A DNA stretch of 64,000 nt, from positions 56,580 through 120,579 of the forward strand of contig CACJRF010000003.1 in assembly GCA_902595755.1 (NCBI GenBank). The letters are read 5' to 3'. The notes beneath the pieces were generated by a model. That model was not told where the DNA came from. It did no database searches and saw only the letters and a program-made list of their open reading frames with translations. Below are positions 1 through 8,242 of the stretch, piece after piece (positions within the stretch are counted from its first letter, which is position 1; each line of letters starts with the position of its first letter). This stretch comes from an uncultured Alphaproteobacteria bacterium. Its GTDB lineage: Bacteria > Pseudomonadota > Alphaproteobacteria > Methylaequorales > Methylaequoraceae. The translations under genes were made by a program, and so were the position numbers.

Positions 1-1
1 A

Positions 2-490
2 GACACAACTAATAGTGCTTCAGACACAGCTGCATTAAATGCAGAAGCTGTTGCTGTTAGTGATACGATTGATGATATCGTAACATCATTACGTTTCAAT
101 AACTTAGCTGTACTTGATACTTCTGCAAAAACCTTTAATATCCCAAAAGATGTAGATGGAAATACTACCGCAATTAAAACAACTAATGGAATTACAGCAA
201 CAAATATTACGGATGCTACAGGTTCAAATACTGTAGCAGATACGGCACTAGATGAGATAAAAGAATCCATGGGATTTGTTTCTGGACATTTAAATTCAAT
301 GCTAGCATACAGCGATCTGTCGAGCTCAATAGAAGCAATCGAATTACAGGCAGCTGCACGATTGATGGATACAAAATTTGCTACAGAAACTGCTGAGTTA
401 TTTAAAAATCAATTAATTAGCAAATATGCACATTCAATGATTTCTAAGGGTAATGAGTCTGAAAAAGATAAATTATTAGTAATTATTTAA
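2..490 (+). CDS. Flagellin-family protein, C-terminal portion (5' end lies outside the window)
   Basis: The open frame runs from the window edge to TAA at 488-490. The C-terminal ~80 aa (ALDEIKESMGFVSGHLNSML...DTKFATETAELFKNQLISKYAHSMISKGN) matches the conserved flagellin D1/D0 C-terminal motifs (LGAxQNRLxS ... DADYATEVSNMSKAQIIQQAG..VLAKAN). The upstream part is a Thr/Asn/Asp-rich variable region. Confidence 0.6.
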   Translation, partial: DTTNSASDTAALNAEAVAVSDTIDDIVTSLRFNNLAVLDTSAKTFNIPKDVDGNTTAIKTTNGITATNITDATGSNTVADTALDEIKESMGFVSGHLNSMLAYSDLSSSIEAIELQAAARLMDTKFATETAELFKNQLISKYAHSMISKGNESEKDKLLVII

Positions 491-539
491 CATTTTTTTA
501 TTTGAGACGTTTTAAGTTTAAATTTAAGGAGTTATGGAT

Positions 540-896
540 ATGAATACAAATATTAAAAAAAGCACAGAACAATATGAAATCATTTTGAAACTTTATACTG
601 GACTAAATGATAATCTAAAAAAAATTAACCAAAAATTTGCAAAAAATAAAGAAGATAATAGTATTACACAATTAGCTTATAAAATAGATAAAATTGCAGC
701 AGCTCTTCAGCTTTCATTAGATTTTGAAAATAAAGATGCTAAAAAACTTTCAGAGAATTTAAGAGACATATATAGACATATCAGGCTTGCAATGAAACTA
801 ATTTATGAAAACAAAAATTTTAAGCTTTTGAAGTCAGCATCTGACGTATCATTTAGCCTCAAAGATTCATGGGCAAAAATTAGGCCTAGTATTTAG
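540..896 (+). CDS. fliS: Flagellar export chaperone FliS
   Basis: The ~118 aa helical protein has LKLYTGL and KLSENLRDIYRHIRLAMKLIYENKNFKLLKSASDVSFSLKDSWAKI, matching the FliS signatures (LYdgxL ... NLxxLYDYMxRRLxxAN...EVxxLLxxLRDAWxQI). An AAGGAG Shine-Dalgarno at 526-531 favours the second ATG at 540 over the one at 534. The gene lies immediately downstream of the flagellin ORF. Confidence 0.65.
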   Translation: MNTNIKKSTEQYEIILKLYTGLNDNLKKINQKFAKNKEDNSITQLAYKIDKIAAALQLSLDFENKDAKKLSENLRDIYRHIRLAMKLIYENKNFKLLKSASDVSFSLKDSWAKIRPSI

Positions 897-934
897 TCTT
901 TATAAATTGTTCTCTTTATAATACTATAAGTTTA

Positions 935-2626
935 ATGATAAAGAGAATTACATCAGTTATTATAACTGGGCTATTCGTTGGGACTTTAGTTGCACTCTTG
1001 GTACAATTTTTTTTGTATTCTGTCGATTTTCTTGCAACACTTTTTAGAAAAAACTATGATGAGATAAATTTTGAGGATGATTATTCCTATTTTAGATTTT
1101 TTATTTATTTTTTTGCTATTCCAATATTTATAGGTGTGTTAGTTGGGTTAATAAGAAATCTTAATAAAGATAAGAGATGGCATGGCCCACCTGACGTAAT
1201 CCTTTCAGTCCACCAAGATAATAAAGAACTAAATATAAAATCAGGTTTTTTAACTACAATAGCTTCAATATTATCTATATCCATAGGGAGTTCAGTAGGG
1301 CAATACGGGCCATTGGTTCACTTTGGAGGAACGATTGGTGCAGAAATAAAGAAGCTATTTTCGTTTGCCCCTGATTATAAAATTCTTGTAAGTGCTGGAG
1401 TTGCGTCAGCAATATCTTCAGGGTTCGGTGCTCCACTTGCTGGATTAATTTTTGCTCGTGAAGTAATACTGCGTCATCAGTCTCTTGCCAGTTTCTCCCC
1501 TATACTTTTATCATCAATAATTTCATATGTAATAACAACCAGAGTATTTGATTTCGAACCAGCATTTGAAATTCCTTTTGTGGGAATAAATACATTCGGT
1601 GAAATTATAATTCTAATTTTTGCTGGATTATTTGCAGGAATTTTTGCAAGTTTTTATTCATATCTTTTAACAACTAAAAAACTTAACTTTCTTAACTTTG
1701 GAAATAAGCCTTATTTACTTCCGGCTTATGCAGCTCTTGTATGCGCATTAGTATCAATTAAATTTCCAGAGGTTACAGGGATCGGAGCTGAAACAATTAA
1801 TTCGTTACTAAACTTTGAATTTAATTTAACAACTGCTCTAATATTTTTATTTTTAAAAATCAGTTTAACTACTATGTGCATTAGGATGGGCTTAATTGGA
1901 GGAATATTTGCCCCTGCCCTTTTTATAGGATCTAGTTTAGGAGTTATAACTTTTTACATTGGTTCAGTATTATTTCCGGATATCAATCCAACAATTATTA
2001 TTATTTCTTCAATGGCAGCTTTAGCTAGTTGCATAATAGGAGGTCCAATAGCAAATGTATTAATTGTATTTGAATTGACATCAAATTATGAAGCTGCCTT
2101 ATCATCTGGAATTTGTATCGTAGTGGCAACAATAATTTCATCGCAGCTTATAGGTCAATCAACATTTGATAGACTTCTTAGAGCTAGGTCAATCGATATT
2201 CAAGACGGTAGAGATATCCTTTATCTTAAAAATGTTATGGTTAAGAATATTATAAATAAAGGTTTTCTAAAACTACATGGAAATACAAGCGTTAAAGACG
2301 CTATAGAGATGTTTAAAAAATGTAAATGTAGCGAGGCATACTTTACTAATGAAAAAGATATATTGAAAAATAAAATTTTGTTAATTGATCTGCTTGATTT
2401 GAAAGGTTCTAGTTTGATCAAAGATGTTGCATTGCAGAAATCTATAATTATAAATTCTGATGAAAACCTTATGACTGTGATGGAAAAGTGTAAGGATTTT
2501 GTTGGTGAATCTATACCTGTAACTGACAAAAGTCAAAAATTACTAGGTGTTTTCAGCGAGAATGACCTTTTCATATACTATTCAAAAGCTCAAGAGATTA
2601 GAAAAACTGAAGAAACTAAAGCATAA
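935..2626 (+). CDS. ClC-family voltage-gated chloride channel with C-terminal CBS domain pair
   Basis: The 563 aa polytopic membrane protein carries the ClC selectivity motifs GSSVGQYGP and GGIFAPALFIGSSLG. The C-terminal ~150 aa soluble region is CBS-like. Confidence 0.8.
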   Translation: MIKRITSVIITGLFVGTLVALLVQFFLYSVDFLATLFRKNYDEINFEDDYSYFRFFIYFFAIPIFIGVLVGLIRNLNKDKRWHGPPDVILSVHQDNKELNIKSGFLTTIASILSISIGSSVGQYGPLVHFGGTIGAEIKKLFSFAPDYKILVSAGVASAISSGFGAPLAGLIFAREVILRHQSLASFSPILLSSIISYVITTRVFDFEPAFEIPFVGINTFGEIIILIFAGLFAGIFASFYSYLLTTKKLNFLNFGNKPYLLPAYAALVCALVSIKFPEVTGIGAETINSLLNFEFNLTTALIFLFLKISLTTMCIRMGLIGGIFAPALFIGSSLGVITFYIGSVLFPDINPTIIIISSMAALASCIIGGPIANVLIVFELTSNYEAALSSGICIVVATIISSQLIGQSTFDRLLRARSIDIQDGRDILYLKNVMVKNIINKGFLKLHGNTSVKDAIEMFKKCKCSEAYFTNEKDILKNKILLIDLLDLKGSSLIKDVALQKSIIINSDENLMTVMEKCKDFVGESIPVTDKSQKLLGVFSENDLFIYYSKAQEIRKTEETKA

Positions 2627-2960
2627 AGTCGACGTTGTTTCTTTGACTTGAAGAAGAAGTTTTCAATGTTGATATGAAATAATACCGAGTCATTGCTTCA
2701 TTGTGAATATATCTTGGACCGTTATTTGATCTAGATTTTAAATAGGATTCGGTAGAAACCGCACTTGGGGAAAGTTTGGGACTGTAAAGCTTTTTTTTTA
2801 AAAATTCTGCATTCTCTCTACTATATGGGCTAATATTTTGGGTATTTTCAATTGGTTGTGAAATATTTCGATTAACCGTGTGATGTGGCACACCTTTTGC
2901 TAAATTATCTGTATGTTGGTGAACTATTGGATTAACGTAAGTATAATTAGTATTTAACAT
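2616..2960 (-). CDS. Hypothetical protein, Ser/Asn/Pro/Tyr-rich with atypical composition
   Basis: A 114 aa ORF with no recognisable motif. Local GC (32-35%) is slightly higher than surrounding DNA, and the ORF overlaps the ClC 3' end by 11 nt. Its reality is uncertain. Confidence 0.25.
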   Translation of the reverse strand: MLNTNYTYVNPIVHQHTDNLAKGVPHHTVNRNISQPIENTQNISPYSRENAEFLKKKLYSPKLSPSAVSTESYLKSRSNNGPRYIHNEAMTRYYFISTLKTSSSSQRNNVDFML

Positions 2961-2977
2961 AATTTAAAGATTAACCT

Positions 2978-3352
2978 ATGAAAAAAAATCTTGCAAAGAA
3001 ATTATATAAAAAAATATCAACAGGTGGTATAGAACATGAAAATCCTTTTGATATTTTTAAGAAAGTTAATTACGAGTTGTTGCGTTCTATGAAGATTGTT
3101 GCGGAAAAAATTAAAGATAATAAGGTAGATGAAACAAGACAAACAAACTTTTGTAGAGCACTCATCATTATTTATACAATACAAACTAGCCTAAACTTTG
3201 ACAAAGATGAGCAAACCTCTGCGGACTTATTTAGATTTTATGAATATTGCAGAACCAAACTGATTAATGGTATGTCTAACTTATCTTATAAAGATATTTA
3301 TAAATCTGTCGTTAGTTTAGATAAGATGTTTGATTTTAAATATATTAACTAA
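2978..3352 (+). CDS. FliS-like putative flagellar chaperone paralog
   Basis: The 124 aa helical protein has RALIIIYTIQTSLNFDKDEQTSADLFRFYEYCRTKLINGMSNL, which aligns to the FliS core ([44 protein letters not shown]). The similarity was judged by eye only. Confidence 0.4.
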   Translation: MKKNLAKKLYKKISTGGIEHENPFDIFKKVNYELLRSMKIVAEKIKDNKVDETRQTNFCRALIIIYTIQTSLNFDKDEQTSADLFRFYEYCRTKLINGMSNLSYKDIYKSVVSLDKMFDFKYIN

Positions 3353-3360
3353 GAGGTAAA

Positions 3361-3696
3361 ATGTTATCAGATTTTTTAATAGAAAAAGATGCCAAAAGTG
3401 AATCCCCAGAAATAAGGACTCAAATAAAACGTCTTGAGAATTTAAGCATCTCTATGAGTAATCTTATTGCGAGTGGGAATTCTGATAAAATAATACATTT
3501 AGAGAAAATTAGAAAAAAAATTATAACAGATATAATTAGTACAAAGAGGGTTATTCCAAGTGAACATAAAGACGCATTTAAAAATTTAATTCATTTAAAT
3601 GATAAGATTATTAATGAGATGAAAATGGAAAAAAAAAAAAAACTTCAAAAAATTAATAAACAAATAAAATTTTTCGAATCAACAAAATCTTACTAG
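3361..3696 (+). CDS. Hypothetical Lys-rich coiled-coil protein (possible FliT/FlgN-type chaperone by context)
   Basis: A 111 aa alpha-helical ORF immediately after the FliS-like ORF. It contains an A14 homopolymer at 3629-3642. No diagnostic motif was found. Confidence 0.35.
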   Translation: MLSDFLIEKDAKSESPEIRTQIKRLENLSISMSNLIASGNSDKIIHLEKIRKKIITDIISTKRVIPSEHKDAFKNLIHLNDKIINEMKMEKKKKLQKINKQIKFFESTKSY

Positions 3697-4211
3697 AATT
3701 TATTATTATCGGGATCAATATAATCACCTAATCTACAGTTGATGCTTGATATGCTCTCCCAAGTATCTATTTGAAAGTTTAAACAAATTATTGAAGAAGT
3801 ATTGTACATACTTGGATGTTTTCTTAAACTAGAATTTGCATTACATAAAAAAAAATTCATAATTTCAATTATTATTGGTTCGTGAGTGATAAGTAAAATA
3901 TTCTTAACATCTTTATTTATATACTTTAATTTTAGTAAAATACTTTCCAGATTCCCATCATATAGATTTCTATCTTCTACTATTTTTAGTTTTTTTTTAT
4001 CAAAAGCTTTATTTAATATTTGAAGTGTTTGTTTTGTTCTTTTCGATGGTGAGGTAAAAATTATATCAAAATAAACTTTTTGTTTTAATAATTCTTTAAC
4101 TACCAAATTTGTTTTAAGAATTCCTTTTTTTGAGATTTCTCTACCAAAATCATCTCCTCCATAACCATGTACATGCGAATCAGCATGTCTCATTATAAAT
4201 AATTTTAACAT
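3693..4211 (-). CDS. sixA: Histidine phosphatase superfamily protein, SixA-like phosphohistidine phosphatase
   Basis: The N-terminal LFIMRHADS (the RHG/RHA catalytic motif) and the later LLITHEP (second catalytic His) fit a SixA-like phosphatase. Length is 172 aa. Confidence 0.6.
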   Translation of the reverse strand: MLKLFIMRHADSHVHGYGGDDFGREISKKGILKTNLVVKELLKQKVYFDIIFTSPSKRTKQTLQILNKAFDKKKLKIVEDRNLYDGNLESILLKLKYINKDVKNILLITHEPIIIEIMNFFLCNANSSLRKHPSMYNTSSIICLNFQIDTWESISSINCRLGDYIDPDNNKF

Positions 4212-4235
4212 AAACTATTCAGTAAAAATTAATTA

Positions 4236-5990
4236 TTATTTTAACCATTCATATTTTTTTTTATAAATATCTAAAATTTTATAGTAATCTTTATATTTAC
4301 TTAAATATTTTTTAGAAACAACTTCTTTAATTTGATGTTTAGAAGCTGTAAGAGAAAAAAAGTTTTTTTCTTTCGATTCTGAAGGTTTTTTTTTATTTTT
4401 AATATCTAAAAAATTAAATAATTTGCTAATCTCTATTTTTTCATTTTTTACTAGCTTGGAATGATTAATCTCAAATGTTATATCTTTATATTTTTTTTTC
4501 TGTTTTTTCATCAAAATGAAATACTGCTCAACATATTCTAATATATTTTCAAGATGGAATGACCAAGGTAGTTCGGAAAAATTCTGTTTAAATATTGCTA
4601 TTATATTTTCTTTGATATCTCTTGTAGAATGGATAAATTTTGCCTTAGGAAAAATATCTATTATTAAATCCATATATGTAAAATTAGGTAATGTTTTATC
4701 ACAAAATGTGGGGAATTCATTCAAGCTATTAAAATTTCTACAATATAATTTATAAAGAGATTCCTTAACATCACTTACATCTGTTTTATTTAAAAACATA
4801 TTAATCAAACTAGATTCCTCACAGCAAAAAATAGAATAAGAATTACAAATAATTTTTTGAACAAGTGTAGATCCAGATCTGGGCAAACCTATAATAAAAA
4901 TAGGTGAGACGGTTGAATTTCTAAATTTAGTAAGATTATTTTTACTCATAAACTTAATTTGTTTTTTATATCTATAAAGTGGCATATTATATTTTAAGAT
5001 TCTTGCCTTTGAAGGGGGAGAAAGATACTTTTTTTTAAAGGCCGCATTCTTGATATAATTTAAAATTCTGATTTCCTCCATTATTCTTTTCTCAAACTCC
5101 ATTTTTTTGGATAAAACAAATCCATAACATTGAAAATCATAGTAATGCATTACTCTCTTTTCAAAATCTGCATTTAAATTGTAGTTGAACTCAGCATCTA
5201 TGTATTTTTGTTTTATTTGTTTTAGATCAAGATGATCATTTGATAGCACACCCAAATTGATCTTTGCATATTCCTTATTAATAAAACTACATTTATCTAT
5301 AAATTTTATTATTTTATCCTTATCATACAAAGTTGAAATAAATTTGTATTCGATTGTTTTAAGAAAATTTTTATGATCAGTTTGTTTCTTTAATTTTTTT
5401 AACTCTTTCAACCCTTTTTGTGGATCATCTCTGAGAAATGAGAGTAAATAAGATTCTATCAATGATGGTTCTTTATAATTTGTAATTAATCTTCTTAAAA
5501 TTGAACGTCCCTCATAAAACTCTGCATATAAATACATTTTATTTAATGCTAACCTTTCATAGCCTCTGTAATAATTAGGAAAGTATTCGATGGATAATGA
5601 AGTTAATTTATTCGCGGACTTATAATCTAAAAGAATATTTGACGAAAGTTTTGACAGTTCCACAAAAATATCTTTACATGACTTAAAATCAAATAAACTA
5701 TGCTTTCTTATAAATTCTTGAACAATATTACTAGCTGTTTCCAGTTCCCCTAATAATATATGATTTAAAATTTTATGAAGTATTAATTTACATGAAAAAT
5801 TGTTTATTTTAATACAGGTATCCAGAAATTCTAAGGATAATTTATATTGATGTGTATTTTTAGCAATTAACGCTAAGCTAAATATTGAATTGATATCTTT
5901 TGGATTATCGTTTAACTTTACCTGCAAAATTTGAATATTATTATTTATTTTATTTTCATATGAGTGTTTTAATTGCTCGTAATAATTCAT
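4236..5990 (-). CDS. TPR-like N-terminal domain fused to a C-terminal sulfotransferase domain
   Basis: The C-terminal half carries the sulfotransferase 5'-PSB P-loop IFIIGLPRSGSTLVQ and a downstream STRD (3'-PB-like) motif. The N-terminal ~330 aa is helical-repeat-like. Total length is 584 aa. Confidence 0.6.
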   Translation of the reverse strand: MNYYEQLKHSYENKINNNIQILQVKLNDNPKDINSIFSLALIAKNTHQYKLSLEFLDTCIKINNFSCKLILHKILNHILLGELETASNIVQEFIRKHSLFDFKSCKDIFVELSKLSSNILLDYKSANKLTSLSIEYFPNYYRGYERLALNKMYLYAEFYEGRSILRRLITNYKEPSLIESYLLSFLRDDPQKGLKELKKLKKQTDHKNFLKTIEYKFISTLYDKDKIIKFIDKCSFINKEYAKINLGVLSNDHLDLKQIKQKYIDAEFNYNLNADFEKRVMHYYDFQCYGFVLSKKMEFEKRIMEEIRILNYIKNAAFKKKYLSPPSKARILKYNMPLYRYKKQIKFMSKNNLTKFRNSTVSPIFIIGLPRSGSTLVQKIICNSYSIFCCEESSLINMFLNKTDVSDVKESLYKLYCRNFNSLNEFPTFCDKTLPNFTYMDLIIDIFPKAKFIHSTRDIKENIIAIFKQNFSELPWSFHLENILEYVEQYFILMKKQKKKYKDITFEINHSKLVKNEKIEISKLFNFLDIKNKKKPSESKEKNFFSLTASKHQIKEVVSKKYLSKYKDYYKILDIYKKKYEWLK

Positions 5991-6041
5991 GACTATTATG
6001 TGTTTTAAATTAGTTAAGTTAAATAGTAGAATGCGATTTAT

Positions 6042-6725
6042 ATGCCAAAAGATATCAAAAATATAAAATTAGTAATTTTTGATGTTAATGAGACTATGTT
6101 TTCATTAGCTAATATTAACTACCTATTTAAAAATTTTGGTCTTCCTCCCAATACATCAGATCTCTGGTTCGCAAATGTACTTAAAGAGGGGTTTGCGTGT
6201 TCTTCACATGGTAGCTTCTGTAGCTTTATTGATATTGGTGCAAATGAATTAAAAAAATTATTTTTAAAGTTTGAATTGAAATATAAAAAAACTCATTTTA
6301 ACATGTTACTTAACGAACTTTCTAATTTGAATATTCATCACGATGTAGCAGAGTCTATTAAAATTCTTCATAAATATGGTTTAAAAATTGTAACACTTAC
6401 CAATGGCTCAAAAAGCAATACACTTAAACTAATTAAAAAAAATAATATGTCTAAATATATAAATAGATGTTTTTCTATTGATGAAATTAAATTATGGAAA
6501 CCAAATAAAAAAATTTACCTGCATGTTTGTAATAAGATGAGTTTTTCGTCATCAGATGCTATGATGATAGCTGCGCATGCTTGGGATGTAAGTGGAGCGA
6601 AAAATGCTGGATTGAAAACTGCCTACATTACTAGGTATGAGAAAATACTTGGAAGCATTTACCCAAAACCAGACATAGTTGCACAAGACTGTCTATCTGT
6701 AATTAACAGAATTAAATTTAATTAA
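6042..6725 (+). CDS. HAD-superfamily hydrolase (haloacid dehalogenase-like)
   Basis: The HAD motifs are present: I LVIFDVNET, II VTLTNGS, III the conserved Lys in LWKPNKKIY, and IV AHAWDVSGAKNAG. Confidence 0.6.
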   Translation: MPKDIKNIKLVIFDVNETMFSLANINYLFKNFGLPPNTSDLWFANVLKEGFACSSHGSFCSFIDIGANELKKLFLKFELKYKKTHFNMLLNELSNLNIHHDVAESIKILHKYGLKIVTLTNGSKSNTLKLIKKNNMSKYINRCFSIDEIKLWKPNKKIYLHVCNKMSFSSSDAMMIAAHAWDVSGAKNAGLKTAYITRYEKILGSIYPKPDIVAQDCLSVINRIKFN

Positions 6726-7272
6726 TTTTCCATTTTATACTACAACCTGCACTCGAAGACTGTTCCTTCGGTCCTTCACCAGTTTTGGATATTTTTATCA
6801 TTGCATTAAGTAGGTCATTTGTTTTACCAATAAACTGTAAGTTATTCATTAAGCCTAGTCGCCCCCTGTAGTTGAGTTTATTATCTGAATTAAATCCAAA
6901 AAAGTCTGGGGTACAAACTGCGCCGAAGTTTTTACTTACTTCTTGAGTTTTGTCAATTAGATAAGGAAATTTAAATTGGTGTTTTGTTGAAAAAAAATTC
7001 ATATTTTCAAAGCTATCTTCTGGATATTTTTCTGCGTCATTTGGCATAATTGCTATTGATTTAATATTAAACTTTTCTAATTCATTTGTCGTTTCAACAA
7101 TTTTATCAATTATCGCTTTTACGTAAGGACAGTGATTACAAATAAACATAATTAATGTTCCTGACTTACCAACTAAGTCCCTACTTTTCAAAACTGTTCC
7201 ATCTATATTCATTAACTCAAAGGAAGGCATTACTTTTTCTTGATCACAAATCGGCGAATTTAATAATACCAT
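6718..7272 (-). CDS. Thioredoxin-fold redoxin family protein (CxxC)
   Basis: The motif MFICNHCPYVKAI (C-x-x-C in a thioredoxin-like context) is followed by an AhpC/TSA/TlpA-like spacing of beta strands. Length is 184 aa. Confidence 0.5.
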   Translation of the reverse strand: MVLLNSPICDQEKVMPSFELMNIDGTVLKSRDLVGKSGTLIMFICNHCPYVKAIIDKIVETTNELEKFNIKSIAIMPNDAEKYPEDSFENMNFFSTKHQFKFPYLIDKTQEVSKNFGAVCTPDFFGFNSDNKLNYRGRLGLMNNLQFIGKTNDLLNAMIKISKTGEGPKEQSSSAGCSIKWKIN

Positions 7273-7688
7273 TAGTTTTCTCCTAGTAAATGAACAAGAA
7301 CTTCTCTTTTTTTACTCGATGTTCTATGCTCAAGCAAGTAAATAGCCTGCCATGTTCCTAATATAATCTTTTTATCTTTTAAACTCAAAGAAATATGAGT
7401 TTGTGTTAACAGGGATTTTAAGTGTGCTGGCATATCGTCAGGCCCTTCTGTACTGTGAAAATAATTTCCTTCAGGCGCGATTTTTTTGAGGAAAACTGAA
7501 ATATCTCTTAAAACATTTAGATCCGCATTTTCCTGAATCATTAATGAACAACTTGTGTGAAGTATACTTAAATTGAGAAGTCCATTTTTAATCTCATATC
7601 TATTAATTAAATTGTAAATATCCTGCGTTATATCTATAATTTCACTTGGAGATGTATTAACAATTAATTTTTTTAAAACTTGTAACAT
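7272..7688 (-). CDS. yjbQ: YjbQ/UPF0047 family protein (secondary thiamine-phosphate synthase-like)
   Basis: The 138 aa protein has HTSCSLMIQENADLNVLRD...PEGNYFHSTEGPDDMPAHLKS...LGTWQAIYLLEHR, which aligns closely to E. coli YjbQ (HTSASLTINENADPDVRHD...DDMPAHIKS...LGTWQGIYLCEHR). Confidence 0.7.
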   Translation of the reverse strand: MLQVLKKLIVNTSPSEIIDITQDIYNLINRYEIKNGLLNLSILHTSCSLMIQENADLNVLRDISVFLKKIAPEGNYFHSTEGPDDMPAHLKSLLTQTHISLSLKDKKIILGTWQAIYLLEHRTSSKKREVLVHLLGEN

Positions 7689-7738
7689 TTAGTACACTAT
7701 ATTAATCTATCATACTAGGAAATGAAGGAGAATCTAAA

Positions 7739-7837
7739 ATGGCTAAAGATAAAGTAAAAATCGATCCAAGTAAAGTAAAGCAAGTAGACCTAAAAAGTGT
7801 TTTCTCTAAAGTTTTGGATAAATTAAAATCTAAATAA
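7739..7837 (+). CDS. Small Lys-rich protein (32 aa), hypothetical
   Basis: The ORF is ATG...TAA with a strong GAAGGAG Shine-Dalgarno at 7724-7730, 8 nt upstream, encoding MAKDKVKIDPSKVKQVDLKSVFSKVLDKLKSK. It is not in the supplied ORF track (below its length cutoff). Confidence 0.3.
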   Translation: MAKDKVKIDPSKVKQVDLKSVFSKVLDKLKSK

Positions 7838-7843
7838 TACCCA

Positions 7844-7984
7844 ATGAAAAAGATCTGGATTGAGTGCCAAAAATGTGGCTCAATTTTCTGGGTTTTTTCA
7901 GATGAGGTAAAATCAGTCTACCCAAAAAGTTCGTTGAACTACCAAATATGTTCCGGTTGTGAATCAAAACTAGATGATCGGTGA
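7844..7984 (+). CDS. Small zinc-ribbon protein (46 aa), hypothetical
   Basis: The ORF encodes MKKIWIECQKCGSIFWVF...YQICSGCESKLDDR with two CxxC pairs (C8/C11 and C36/C39). Its stop codon is immediately followed by the next ORF's ATG. Confidence 0.35.
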   Translation: MKKIWIECQKCGSIFWVFSDEVKSVYPKSSLNYQICSGCESKLDDR

Positions 7985-8242
7985 ATGATAATTGAATATT
8001 TTGAGGATCTAAAAAGTCAAATAGGACTTTATTTTATCATAATAAAAATTATTTTTTATTTTATTATTGGTGCCTTAATTATTTATGTCTTAAAGAAAAT
8101 ATCAAATTTATTTAGTTTTTTTTTTAGATTTCTTAAAAAGGATTCATTAAAAAAAAATATTTATTTAATTTTTCAAACTATTATGTTCATAATCATCTCA
8201 ATATTTATTGGCTGGTTTGTAATTTATTTATATTTTAAATGA
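7985..8242 (+). CDS. Small membrane protein (2 predicted TM helices), hypothetical
   Basis: The 85 aa hydrophobic ORF overlaps the downstream Wzy_C gene by ATGA. Confidence 0.35.
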   Translation: MIIEYFEDLKSQIGLYFIIIKIIFYFIIGALIIYVLKKISNLFSFFFRFLKKDSLKKNIYLIFQTIMFIIISIFIGWFVIYLYFK

